DNA of 64,000 nucleotides from Octopus bimaculoides (taxonomy: Eukaryota), in NCBI RefSeq assembly GCF_001194135.2, contig NC_068981.1, forward strand, positions 35,519,358 to 35,583,357. The letters run 5' to 3'. Shown in pieces: positions 25,301-40,300 of the stretch. The position numbers and the translations under genes are program-made. The first letter of the stretch is position 1; each line of letters begins with the position of its first letter. Below the pieces are notes generated by a model that ran no database searches, was not told the DNA's origin, and saw only the letters and a list, made by a program, of their open reading frames with translations.

Positions 25301-28300
25301 TTTCTTGAGTACTAAGATGTTGATAATTAAAATTTTTTAAAAATTTGTTTTACATGTTGGAATGAATTTCAAGAACTATGAATTTGCATAGTGTCCCATC
25401 AGTTTTATAATATTTAAATTATTTATTCTCATATTAATGCTATCCCCATTTATGGTATACCTTTTTGTGTACTTTCTAGTTGTTCCTTCTAATGTGTTTT
25501 ACACTAAGCTTTGGATCTGAGATGCAACAATTTTGTTTGTGTTAAATATTTCAGCTTTTGTTTGATAAAATAAGGAATATTGAGTATTAGGTTTCACTTT
25601 AAACAATTTACACACAAGACTGGGGTTTTTTCATCGATCTATGTGGTTTCATCTACAACTGTATGATATGGTAAGACAGCATGTTTTTGATTTTGCAGGC
25701 TGGAAAGTAGATATATTGGCATTGGTTTAATTTTAAGCTGCACCTATAGCCATACATGCAGCTATAAGTAACAACAACAATAATAATTTTTAACATAAGT
25801 CAGAAGGCCAAACAAGAATGATGTTAATGAACAATTTCTTACATAGGCAGAAGACTGAGTTCAGACTTATATAGAAGAAGGGACTGTGAGAATTATAATA
25901 TTGATACATGTTTATAAAGGATTTAATAACTGATATAAATAAAAAGCAGTTTCAGAGAGGAATCAAATCTAATTTAGTGAAACATCAGCTCATCCATAAT
26001 ACTAGGATATGTTTTTTTAAAGTCAAAGCATAGTATTGATTTTTCTAAATGTATGCTTATGTGCTTTACATTTGTTTTTCTATCTTAAATTATTTTATGG
26101 TTATTTTATCAGGTTGTTCGCTGTCTCCAGACGCCAAATCGGAAAGCAGCACGTGCAAGTGCAAGCACTCCAGAAACTGCTAGAGGCTTAGCTACTATGC
26201 AGCAACAGAATTTGGTCAAAAAAGTTGCTGGAAAATTGGGTGCCAAACTAGGCCTAATTGACTCCAAAACACGCATGACTCACAATAATAATTCCCCTTC
26301 CAAAAGAAATGTCAAATCCAGAATTTCCCAACCAAAGACAACTATGCGTAATGGAGTACATTCTAATGATCTCAGAACTAAAAAGCGTTCCCCTGGACGG
26401 CCTTCACTAAAGCAGAAGTTGCAAGACAGGGTGAACCATGTTAAAACCTCAGTCCATATTGTTTCAGAATCAAAGAAAAGATCTGTTGTTGTGCGCAATA
26501 GTAAATCAAGTGTGTTACGATCTCTTTCTAAGGTAAATCTCTCTCTTAAATATCTTAAATTTTCTATATTATTTATCTCATTCTTGTCTGTCATTGTCAT
26601 ATTTCATTATTTTTCATTTACAATTACCATATTTGATGATATATAAAACACCTTTCTTTTTCCAAAAAGATATCTGCTAAAAATCACCCTGGGTCCTTCC
26701 TAAATGTGAAGTTCGACCTATATTGCATGCTTTAATGCACTGTAAACTTTTTCCTTGAATATGTGCTGCAGAAACTGGAGTGCATCTAATATACCCATGT
26801 ATGTCTTCTATGCCATCAAGTACAATATGTTCATGTGTTTAAAAGAAACATATTTATTATTATTATTTCTATGATTTATTTAAAAAATTATGAAATATCA
26901 TCACTTTATTTTTATATGTAAACAAATCTTCAACTTTTGTTTTGATCCTGGTAGAAGAGCTATGAGAATATACTTGTGCCCCATTCCTAGCATAACACCT
27001 GGTCATTCACTTTAAGGCTTTAATTAAGTATTGTTAGGTTAATAAAAACGTTAATACCAAAATGAGAAATACATTGCAAATGAGGCATGCCAGCCATCAC
27101 AGTTGACCATTGTTAGTGAAGTTCTGAGTTTAATCCTTCAAGATATTTCTAGCAAAGTACACATCTTCTGAGTTTTAATTAATTTTGAAAATAACAAAGT
27201 TTTAGAAGATTAACTAATTATTTTGGTATCAGCTTGGTATTTGGAACATTGATTAACAAATGGTTCTTACACTTAATTATGATAGAATTTTGATTTAGCT
27301 GTGAGTACTCGAACCCTTTAGATACTATCCCGCCTGAGACTGTTCTTGGTTCTCTGACGCTTCCTGATTTAAGGCGATCTAAAAACTTCCCAACAAAATT
27401 TCATGTTTATGTCCCAAGCACCAGCTTATTAATGGAAATTATTTTACAAAATTCTTCATTATTTTCAAAAATAATTGAAACATAAGTAGTTTATTTCAAA
27501 AGAAACTCAGTAACAGAAAGGTGAAAAAACACAGTTTGTATTATTTGACCAGAGCAAGTTTCAGATAGATTTATATAAAAGGCTAAACCTTGTAATTGTT
27601 GAAAAGAATCGGCACAGCACTGCCTTAGACTATTGTTGGTTGGACACTCCTTGTGACTGTTATGGTTATCTTGAGCCTGATTTGTTCCTGATGCTTTTTA
27701 GCCCTTTCGATACCAATCTGGCTGAAGCCACCCCTTGATCTGTAATACAAACGTCTTGTTTTCATAAGTTTTGAATTAGAATCTTCCATCAGACCTTAGT
27801 CACAATTTATGTTCCTAATACCAGCTTAATGATAACTAAGTTATTTTACTAAATTCTTTGTTATATTTAAAATTAATTGAAAGAAGCACAGAATCCCACA
27901 ATAAATATGGTAATGAAAGAGTTAGATTAAGTACTTCTTGCATAATTTAAACTACTTTTAGCTTTGCTATGATATTGATTTCTAGCTCTAAAGCCTTGGG
28001 TTGATCTCTGCTTCAGATATTTCATTATGTATATTTAATCAGTGCACTTAATTCTATATAACCTATGTTCATGTAGTTATTCAGGAAAGATAAGGGATTA
28101 CTTGGGAATATTTATTATTCATAATACATTGGTGTTCTCTCCAAAAGAAGATTTAGCTCTCATCTTCTTAAACAGCTTGAAACTTGAAATAAGCACCAAT
28201 TCTTAAAAGTCCTTTTTGAGTTCCAGGAAACATTAAATATATTTGTTTTTATTGTCTCTATCTCCTGGTAGAAGAGGAATTGATTGGGCTATGGTCCTTA

Positions 28301-28387
28301 GATTAATATAAACATAATCTCTTTCTTCAGATTATATTATATATAAAATTAGCCTGCTGACTTCCTATTAACTAAGATAAATGTATA

Positions 28388-28421
<34 letters not shown>

Positions 28422-31400
28422 CATTTTTAGAAGGTTGATTGTTATGGCCAGTCAGAGGGTGGCCATTGGTGTTGCATCTATAAAGCGCTTAACTGTATAG
28501 GTGACTTGTCAGAGTGGCCAGAGTTTATGTACCTCTGACCATTTGAGTGTGATGTGTCGCCTATGCAGCTAAGCGCTTGATAGGTGTAAAACCAATGGTC
28601 ACTCTCTGACCAGCTATGACAATCAACCTTCTAAATATATTTCTGCTTTGATGTTTTAGAGTGAGTCTTTTTTGGATATATGAACTACTGACAATGTATG
28701 TATATATGTATATATGCACATCTCTTTTCTTCTCAATGTGTAAGTAAAAAAATTAAATAATCATCTTCCAGTTACTGGAATCACATTAAGATATAAATCT
28801 TGAAATTTGTTTCAGAACTCCAACAATTCCTACTGCAATAATAACAGTGCTCAGTCCCAAAAACCATTTTGCAAAACACAGACTCATGGGAAATCCTTGA
28901 GAACATCTGTCATTTCACAAAAAAGCCATTCCAATAGTGTTCTACCTGTGGTGCCTTTGAAGAAACTCTCTGAAAATGTGCCTAATCGACGAAAACATAG
29001 AGGACGTAATAAACTGCAGTCTAGTCAAATTGATAAACTGAAAAACAGAGTGCGAAGGCAAAGAAATGCACAGGATAACTTATCCACTACAACTGAACCT
29101 CACTCTAGGAGTAGGACTCGTCGTGATACTGGTAGCTCCAGTTCAAATAGAAGGCAACGAGGACAGTATGTTTTAGTACCAAGATCACGGACTATAGAGC
29201 CCCAGTCAAGGGTTCAACCATCCCGGTTTTCAAAACGCCTCTCATTGTTGGCTCAACGAGCAGCTATTGATGTTGAAAACAAAGTTAAATCATCTGGTTT
29301 AAAAGGATCCAAGACAGCTCAAGAAGAGTCTACTGTTGGCCCATCTTCTCCTACATTACTGCCATCTTCAGCAGTGCCTTTGCCAACCGTAACTTCTTCT
29401 AGTACACCTTCTCTCACACAGTTGACCAATTCCACAAACACCTCAAATCATCACTTAGCATCTTCACACCATTATTCACAATCACTCAATCAAGTTTCAC
29501 CCTCCATAAAGGCAATTAACTCTGGTATTTCTGACAAAAAGAAACTCAATATTCTGAAAATGATGAAACTTAGAATGCCCACAAGAGAGCAGCTGAAACT
29601 AGCTCGAATCATAGAAAAACGACGTGGTAAGAAGAACTGCGTGACTTCAGTGACTCCTGCAACAGACACAACTTCCAAATCGTTACCACAGCTTTCAAAT
29701 GAAAACCCTAAACCAAAAGAAAATGTTCCTTCGTATGAAAAGCGCCGTGGAAGACCACCTAGTGAGTATCATTACATTGTTTATTGTTTGCTTGTTTCAG
29801 TCATTGGACTGTGACCATACTGGGACACCACTTTGAAGGATTTTATTCAAACAAATTGATTCCCAGTTCTGATTAAATTTTTTAAAGTCTGGTACTTATT
29901 CTATCAGTTTCTGTGGCTGAACCACTAAGTTGGGGTGGGGGCGTGTAAACAAACCAAATCCTGTTGTTAAATGGTGGGGTTAGGATGGCAAACACAAGCG
30001 CAACGATACGCGCGTGCGCACATACACACACATGCTGCCCTTCCACAGTTTCTATCTACTAAATTCACTCACAATACATTGGTTGGCCCATAGCTATAGT
30101 AGAAGCCCGAGTACCATGCAGTGGGATTGAACCTAAAAGCACATGGTTGCAAAGTGAGCTACTTGACTGTACAACCATATTTGAAATATTAAGATTCTTA
30201 ATTCTATTTTGTTTTTTTTAAATCTAGTTTTTATATATAAATACATTGGGGAGGTGGTTTGAACATTTTGTTAATAACCGTATATTCTTTTTACTCATTC
30301 TTTTGTAAAGAATCACACTAAAAGAAATCTTAGTTTCAAAGTCTTTCAGTTATTCTTTCTCATCATACTTGTGATATTTATTTTCATTGTTTCAAAACTA
30401 CTCCAGCCAGTAGATAAATATTTTGACAGGACTTTGAAAGGTATTAAATTTACAATAATGTATTTTGTACTAATGGGGTCTCGATACAGAGTGATAAATA
30501 ATTTTTATGATGGCAATTTGTCATCATCATTGTCGTCATCAAGTTTGGTTCACTGCTAATTTGGGCTAGATAGATTTTTTGGAGTTAGCATTTTTTGGAC
30601 AGATGTCGTTTCCTACTACCAAACCTTTTAGTTTCCAGTTATGGCATGTAGGGACACAGTATACATATTCTAAAACTAAGTTATAGATGACATTGATAAA
30701 TAAATCAGTTTTTATAGTCAAATGATTAAGATGACAAATACATACATAAATAAAAACAAAATATGTGATCAAACAGTTGCAGAAAATTGCTAAAATATCT
30801 CCTTTGCTTTATTGTATTTCTAAGAAAAAGTATCTATTGAGAAACCATGCCAAAACAGACTGGAGCATAATGCAGTACTTGGGCCCATCAGATCCTGTTG
30901 AATAGTTCAGCTCATGCTTAAAAAAAATTTTGAATTTATTTTGCTTCAATTGTAATTTGGTTGAGTCTTCTAATTGTGGTTGACTGTTATTGTTTTAGAT
31001 GAATTGGAACAGTAATCAGTTTATTTTCTCAGTTTGGATCCATTTTGCTTAATTATCTTAATCATGTCATTCAGAGGTTTACAAAATATTGTTATGGTCA
31101 CATTTGATCCTTTACATTCACAAACCTCAGTCAACTGACAGGTCAAACTGCCTATGGAACTAATAGCTACCTATCTGCACAAAAAAAAAAATCATGTGCC
31201 AATATTAACATATAAATGATATACTTCAGTATACAGTATTAACAATATACCATATTCACAATATACCATATTCACACTATTGGTTTTGTACCTCTACTAT
31301 AACAATGTCTTTACATTTTAAAATGTAAGGGTTTTGTACCTTAATTAGCCCACTGTTCCAACTGTTGTTCCTTGTCATCATAATTACTTCTCATAGGAAG

Positions 31401-34311
31401 AGAGGCACCACCACTAAAATGACTATTGTTACCATTTTTTGGTTACCATTTTTGCTATCTTTGGTTCATGAGGTTCAAGTATAGTTCCAGATTGTTTCAA
31501 TCTTTTCTTTTATAACAGTAGCACTACTGGTTCCAATTTGTATTACAAACTTTTGGGGGTTACCACTTTTGGGGTTGAATCATCATGCTTTTCATACTAC
31601 ATCTGCTGATTTGTGGTAAATGGCAACAGGAAGGGCATTTGGCCATAAAAAATCTGCTTCAAATAAACTTCATCAGACCCATGCAAGCACACAATTTGCT
31701 AAATCTCAGTATTCAAATAAATACATACAGCAGAAGTTAACTGCCTTGATTAATATAGCATCTTTTGTTGTTTGATTTTTGAGAAAGGCATGAATGTCAC
31801 AACCTCTCATTCTATCTTATTTTTAAGATTTTGTATCAGCCTTCATGCTTGTATTTTTTTAATTCCCACTTAATTAGAAATAAAAACATACGAGGTAATG
31901 TCAGTCTACTATGAGATGAAGTGGAAACTAAACTTGTTTATATTTCCGAAACATGCTAACACACACCATCATATTATGTCTAGTGACGTATATTTATTAT
32001 CTTATCTCTTAGATCATGTTTATCATGTTATCATCTCATATTCTTTAGACTAGATACAGGGTCACTTTTCATTGGATAAGACTGGGGACATTGCTACCAC
32101 TTAGATAAACTCCAGCTGATACTCATATATTAATTCTCAAAATGTCAAAGGTAACATCAACAGATTTTGCATTCAGAATCTGAAGAAAAGAGAGTTGGCT
32201 TTTACTAATGTTGATATATTCATGTTAAAAGTAAGATGGTGAGGTGGCAGAATTGTTAGCAGGCTAGGTAAAATACTTAGTGGTATTTTGCCTATCTTTG
32301 CATTCTGAGTTCAAATTTCACTGAAATTGACTTTGCATTTCATATTTTTAGGGTCAGTGCAATCGACTTATCCCCTTCCCTGAAATTGCTGGTCTTGTGC
32401 CAAAATTTTAAACCAATATATCCATGTTAAAAGTGCAATTGAGCAACAGAAATAATTAAAATTCTTGCAGTAATTTATTTAATGTCGAATTCTTTACATT
32501 CTGAGTTCAAATTTTGTTGGTGTTGATAAATAAAATGTTTATTGAGGGTTAATCTAATTAACAATACCTTTTTGTCTACCACTTTGTTGCTTTGTGCCAA
32601 ACTTAGAATTTACCATTATGAATATTAATGAAGTGGAAGGATGACACCCATAGTAGACTACCTCACCGAATCTGTTTCAGTATGAACTTTCATCTTGCTA
32701 CAATCTAGGTTCAATTTCTGATATAGTTGATAAAATAATTGCATAGTAGACTTGATCTTGAGTGGTAGATTTAATTCATTACCTGGTTTAACATTGCACC
32801 ACACTGTTCTTGGTTGTAAGCATTTGGAGCCAGTTCTTTGGTTTCAGGATATTTCCCTTTCTCTTGGAAGGTCCTGAAAAATGAAAAGTCATAGACACTA
32901 CTGTAGGGATAGGGGGAAGCATCTATGGTAAGTGGGTCAGTTCATTTCGCTATATATGTCCCCTATAAATTTTGGTTACATGTAATCAACATTACAGTGT
33001 GTAGGATGTGTTCCCATTTATTTGTTTTTGAGGATTCTCGTTTGTAGTCTTGCTACACTAATGCAATTAAAAAAAAAAATGAATGCCACAGTATCATATT
33101 TCACTTCTCAGTAAACTGAAGGTCTTGCCTATGTAAGGAATAAATCTTAACAATGTATTTCTATACTTTATTTTTATATATGTATTTTTTTTTTCTAATA
33201 CAGTTGGGAAGAAATCTGAACAAAGTTCTGAAGAAGAAGTTAAATGTGATTCTTTTCCAGAGGAAGGAGAACCAGCACGAATTGTGGACATTCCAATTTT
33301 TTATCCGTCAGATGAAGAATTTCAAGACCCCTTAGCCTACATAGAATCTGTCAAAACACAAGCCGAACCATTTGGAATGTGCAAAATTGTACCCCCAGCT
33401 TCATGGAAGGTATTGCATGACTTTATATTTTGGTTTCCTTCTCTTCTTATATTTCCATATCTCTACTGCCATATTTGATTTCTTAAATTACCAGAAGAAT
33501 GAGTATCATGAATTAAACTGATCTTGATATATGATTGATAGTTGTGTCGTCCCAGAAAGATGACTGGAATAATTGACTGTGATGATATTCACATTCAGAA
33601 TCTGAAGGGAAGTAACTAAATACTGACATTCAATCTGACCCAGTACTGTTTCTGTTCTTTGTCACATTGGAATGTTCTTGCGGAATAAAATACTTCAGCA
33701 TTCACAGAGAACTACATTTTTGTTTTATTAAATTAGGAAAGCATATTTTTGTAAGTTTGTAAATTATCTCTGTAGCAGAACCCCAGGCTGGATATTTTCA
33801 TATTATTTAGTTTGGTTCTGTATGAAAAGCGAAGTTGACCTCAGTGACATTTGAACTCAGAATGGAAAGAGCTGTAAGAAATTCTGCCAAACATTTTGTC
33901 CTGTTCATTAATGATTCTTCCAAATGCCACCTGAGAAAGAGAGAGCTAAATACTGGGAAAGTGTAGAGTTACAATTTCTACTAATCCAGCACTTTATTAC
34001 AACAATAATTAGCAAATTAGTGAAAAATGAATTTTAACAAAAATTAATTCAGTAGCTATTTAGTTTTTTTTTTTTTTATTATTATATACCTTATTGACAT
34101 GCATTTATTTATTGTTACTTAAAAGATTTGATCAATTTCTACATTTCACCCATCACACAAACTATGATAGCATAATAAAATTTTTTTTTTTTGTTTTAGC
34201 TTGAAAGCTGTATTAATGAAGAAATGAGATTTACAAGCCAAGTGCAATATATACACAAAATGTTAAATCGGTAAGTAATATATTTACAATAATATATATT
34301 ATATGGCTGTC

Positions 34312-34380
<69 letters not shown>

Positions 34381-37300
34381 ATATATTAGGCATGCATATA
34401 TATATATTTTAATTGTAATTCTAATGAATGTATTCAACATTTAAGATATTTCTACTGATGTGTTATTAGTATTTACTTCAGTGGAAGCTTAGTTCCTTTC
34501 AATTGAATGCAATCTTTGCTATGGTCTTCTACATTTCTCTCTCTTCAAACTGTTAAAATTCTTCCTAAAAAAGTGAGTTTTCAAAGGTCAAATAGTTTTA
34601 GCAATAATTTAGTACCAATAATTAATACCAATAATTTTTAGTCATCAGGCAAAAAAATAAAGTTTAAATAACACTGATCGTGTGTGACGGGGGAACAAAC
34701 CTTGATTTCTTCACCCAACCAAGAGAGCTTTTTCTATATCACATTTCAGCTACTAAGGTCAACATATTTTGCTACTCTATGGTTGCTTTTAATTGTGCAT
34801 TCAACAGATATCTGTAAAAAACACTTCACATAAATCAAATATCACAATTTGCAAACATTCTGCAATGCATATTAATGTGAACAGCTGGGCTTAAAAAGGT
34901 TGAAAGACATTGTGAAATGATCATTGAAATGGAAGTTGACAATTAAATGTTACCTTTTATTTTCTTAGATAACTAATTAAGTGATAATGATTGTGAGTTT
35001 AAGTACTAGACTATTGATTACATGAATTACAAGCTGAAACAGTACAACAAAGTAATGAACTGTAAAACCCTGGACACATCCTGTGGTGGTGGTGGTGGTG
35101 GTGGTGGTGGTGGCAGCAGGTGCAGTAGCTAATTAAGGTGCCAGTCTGTGGCAGTGGATTGGCAAAATTGTTAAAATGTTCAGTGAGATACCTTTTTGTA
35201 TCTGAGTCAATTCTTCGCATTTTGAATTCAAATTCAGTCAATGTGCAGGACTAATCCCCCAGTTACAACTACATTTGATAAGAGCTGGGTGGAGAAGGAT
35301 GATGACCATCTGCTACCACAGTCAAATGATGATGATGGCAGTGATGATACATTTGTTTGTTATTTTTTATTATTATGAACTTCATTAACATATTGATAAT
35401 TTAAAGTGTCCTATATTACCTTTTAAAATTCTGTTTTCTTTTCTTATAATTATATAGATGGGGTCCAAATATACAGCAGATGGAATGCATAAAGAAACAT
35501 CTTTCCTCAGTTGGTATTGAATTGACTGAACCTCCACTGGTAAATAATCCTTTCAAATACTATTAAGCCTCTTCAGACAAAAGACATGCACACACACACA
35601 CACACACTCTCTCTCTCTATCTTTCTCTCAACACTCACACCTGCAAGCACACATACATACACACAATCACAAATATATACACAAGCACTCACCCTCACAA
35701 CGCGTCTATGTGCAAAGCAGTTAACTGTTTTAGAGCTGCTGAATTCAAGTTTAACCACAAGAACAAGATATGATATCTGTCAGTGGCACCTAACAACTCT
35801 CAGTAGGTTAGTTTTTCTCAAGTTGGGACATACACCCCACTAGTGAGGTGTGGTAGTATTTTGATTGTTTTTTTTTAAATACTTCAGAATGGGGTGTAAA
35901 TAATCAATAAAACTTGTTATAAAGTTTTAATTAAAACCTGTTTTAAATATTTATATGCTATATATTAACTTTTTTTATACTTGTATATCTAACTCATCAT
36001 CATTATTTAACATCTATTTTCGATGCTGGCATGGGTTGGACCATTTGGCAAGGGTTGGCATGGTTTCTGCAGCTGGATTCCCTTCCTAACACCTAACCAC
36101 TCTACAGAATGTACTGGGTATATTTTATGCAGCACTGGCATAAAAGTACTTTTTATGTGGCACCAGCACAAGTGCTTCTAATGTGGCACCAGCCACAAGC
36201 GCTTCTGACGTGGCACCAGCCACAAGAGCTTCTGACGTAGCACCAGCACAAGTGCTTTGAACCTGACACTGTCGTGTGCTTTTAATGTGGTGCTGGCACG
36301 AATGCTTTGAGTGTGGCACCAATATGACTACTTTGAATGTGACCTGGCATGAGTGCTTTTTAATGTGGCACTGGCACGGGTGTGTGATGGCTTTTCTAAA
36401 ATACAATCTCTGTTCCAATATGTAGCTTTAGATCAAAACTCTTGCCAATTGTATACATGAAATGTACATTTAAACAATAATTTTTTTTTTTCATTTTAAG
36501 ATTGGTGGCATTGAATTAGATTTAGCTCGTCTGTACCTTAGTGTCAAAGAGTATGGCGGACTGCAGAATGTAATGGATAAGAAGAAATGGAGCAAAGTAG
36601 CTGATATGGTTAAAATTCCAAAACAAGTAAGTATTGCTTTTCTGTTTTCATTTGTTTCAGACTATTTTATTATCAATGGTTTAGTCTTAGAGTTTATTTG
36701 TAACTTTTTCTTTCCTTCTGTCTAATTTATTAGGCCCAGGATCGGACTACAAAGCTCTACAATGCTTACTGCAAATATCTGCTCTCTTATGAAATGCTTT
36801 CTGAAGAGGAAAAGACGAAAATTTTGCATCAAGTAACAGACGAACGTTTGCAACAACTACAGCAACGACAGAATGGAATGTCTCGACAACACACAGAAGA
36901 CACCATAGATTGTTGTGTTGCAAAGGTAATGGGAAGAGCAAACTTTGCAGTTTACATTGTTTTTATCGCTAATTTTAAATCATCGCGAGAAGAAAGGGGT
37001 TTGCATTTACCTGTTTTAGAACTTCTTTAAACTAGAGTTTGGGATGATTAATTGTTTGAAGTTAGTCCAGTTAATGTTTAAATAATGAAAAGGAATGCAG
37101 CAAGCCCTTTTGCATGCAGTGATTATTTGTTTCTGTGTCATTCTCTTATTTTCCTACATCAGCAATATTCTAATTTTATAATTATTATATTATTTAAAGA
37201 CCTTTGCAAATGCCTTCCTAACAATTTCTTATGACTTTTTGTGGTGACTTTATTGCTTTCTATAATGAAGTATAGTTTTTGAGGTGCATTTTTGACTTTG

Positions 37301-40300
37301 TCTTCAAATAGTTCAGCTGAATTCTGCTCATATACCTGGGAGAGAACAGCTGCTAGTCATGTATACATTTCTCCCACCAAAAGCAAAAAAGTAAGTTGAG
37401 GAGCAGGGGCTCTTTGACATTAATAGGAAAACCTTATTAACCAAAACACTGCAGCCATTTGCTCACTGTCTCCTCTATATCCTCCTTTCTACCTCTACTG
37501 CAGTTGCCCCTTCTTCCTTGCTCTCTGGAACTAACTAACAAGCTCTCTATCACTGCTACAATTTAAGTGCATCTTATGCACCTGCATCTCCTTTTCCTAA
37601 TCCTAAATGTGGATTATTCATCAAGCTTTGTAGTAAATACTTCACAGAATCAGTTGTTACTACACTTGCAAGTATCTAGAATTTCCTTTCAAACCATGTT
37701 TTTTTCCCTATTGGTAACAACTTAAGGAAGTTTAAGCTGGAAAATGATTACATTCACTTCACCAATTTAAGTTGGTCTGCAAATATAATAAACACCACCT
37801 TTTTTTTTTCAAACTAAATAATAAAAATATAAGTTATGGTAATTACTGTGTAGCAAGGTTACTATTTAATTTTTGTTGACCAAATTAATTTTTTTTTTCT
37901 CCTTTTTCTCATTGATACATTTTGTAATTTCATTGTGATCGTCGTCGTTTAACGTCCGCTTTCCATGCTAGCATAGGTTGGACAATTTGACTGAGGACTG
38001 GCAAACCAGCTGGCTACACCAGGCTCCAATCTGATTTGGCAGTGTTTCTACAGCTGGATGCCCTTCCTAACGCCAACCACTCAGAGAGTATAGTGGGTGC
38101 TTTTACGTGTCACCCGCACAAAGGCCAGTCAGGTGGTACTGGCAACGGCCACGCTCATCTCGCTCGTAAAAAATTACTATGCATTGAGAAAGACAGGAAT
38201 GGAGCAGGAAAATGAATTTGATAATGTGGAAACTATCAGTATACTCACATCCACATGAAAAAATATCAATATTGATGTATTCCCATGTGAGAGTAAGACA
38301 CAAGATTTATAGTTCTTTTTTAGTTCATAAATTTTGCTGATCAAATCTTTTTCTTTTCTTTTCTCATTGGAATATTAGTAATTTTATGAAAATTGATATT
38401 TTGCAACATTCATAAAATGACTGTTTAAGTTACTAGATTATCATTATCATCATCGTTTAATGTCTGCTTTCCATGCTGGCATGGGTTGGACGGTTTGACT
38501 GAGGACTGGTGTGCCAGAAGGCTGCACCAGGCTCCAATCTGATCTGGCAAGGCATTCTACAGCCGAATGCCCTTCCTAATGCCAACCACTCTGGTAGAGC
38601 AGTATGCTTGCTACAGTGTAGTTACCATGACCAGTTATGAAGTAACTGTTCAGATTTAAATGTAAACAATATCCAGCGTTAAACTTTTGTATAAATTCTC
38701 TGTCAAAATAACTAAGTAAATATACTGTTAGCCACATCACATTGTTTGTTATCAATTCTCTCCTAAATAATCTATAAATGCCCATCCCCTATACAGATCA
38801 TTTACCTGTTCTGGAATTTGTCAGCAATTTAGCTAGAAGTAGACTCTTTTCACTTGTCTTTTAATCTATTATTTGTTTCAGTCCATTAGACTGCAGCACA
38901 TTTTGGGGCACCACTTTGAAGAGTTTTTAGTTGAACAAATTGACTCCAGGTCTTTTTTTTAAAAAACCTGGTTCTTATTCTATTGGTCTCTTTTGGAAAA
39001 CCAACCACTAAGTTACAGGGATGTAAACAAACCACCAGTTGTTAAGTGGTGGTGGGGCACAGACACAAAGACACACACACACATCATTGGCTTCTTTCAG
39101 TTTCCATCTTCCAAATCCACTCACAAGGTTTTGGTTGGTTTAAAGACTCTTGCTCAAGGGGCCATGTCATAGGACTGACCCTGGAACCATGTGGTTGGGA
39201 AACAAGCTTTTTGTCAGACACGCCTGCACCTTATATCCAATATACCAAGATATATCTCTATTTGATATTTGGTGTATAAATAAAAATTTCCATAAAAGTA
39301 TGAATTGTGAATCAATGCATAAAAATTTTTATGTACATATAAATATCTTTTAATCTTTAAAACTTCCAGGGTAAAACAACTTCCATCAATGCCTTCCAAA
39401 GAGTGTCTCGGAATGTACAGTCTATGTGGTTTCGAGATGATCCAACTCCAGAACAAGTTGAAGTAAGTCTGCTATTATCCATCTAACTACTTCTGTCTCC
39501 AAATCTCCAAAATGTATGATCATATTTATTGTTAGAAATACCTGTACTAGTAAAGGAACATGATTAAGCTAAACTATTTATTAATTAATTGATGCTTCAT
39601 CAACATTTTAATGCCCACTTTTCCATGCTTGTATGGGTTGGACAGATTATGTTGAGGTGGATGACTTTCCTGTTGCCAACCCTCCCTTGTTTCCAGGTAA
39701 GGTAACATCTCTCCATGACTAGACAGGGAAGATTGGAAAGAAGACACCACTTCCATGATGGTGACATTTGCTTACAACTATCACATGATGGCAAGACAAA
39801 GAGTCAGTAACATACATATGTATTGTACAATGGGCTTCTTTCGTTTCTATCTACTAAAACCATTCACAAGGCTTTGATTAACCTGGGGCTATAGTAATCC
39901 AAATATCTATGCCTCACCATCTTCATGGATTGTTTCATATTCCTCCAGGATCAAAGTGGTTGGACAGTGCAACATGAAGTAGTCTGGCTTATGGAGATAA
40001 CCTGACATGTTGAATATAGATTCATATTCCCATTGATGTGGGTTAGCAACTGTTCTACTGTCTTGACTCCACCCTGTTACATATATCCAGTTTTCTTGTT
40101 ACACCATAGGAACTGAGCTGTGGTTCTGTGGTGGTTGCCACTGTTAGGAGGTTGCTCCTTCCGTTCATCTCTCCAGACTTCCTAATGTTAAAGTTTTCTT
40201 TTACCAATTTATAAAAAAGTTTTCTTGATTTTTGTCTTGGGGTAATGGCTACAGTATTGTTATTTGTTTTAAGAGTGTAATAGCTCATCATGTTGTCATT

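Noticed and set aside
26280-26600. 106-aa minus-strand ORF
   Set aside because: Antisense shadow of JARID2 exon 4; no independent splice or homology signal. The same applies to 29490-29678, 33094-33291 and 36747-36941.
36157-36260. CRISPR-like appearance of short direct repeats
   Set aside because: Repeats are contiguous with no unique spacers, there are no cas genes, and the context is eukaryotic; this is a minisatellite.
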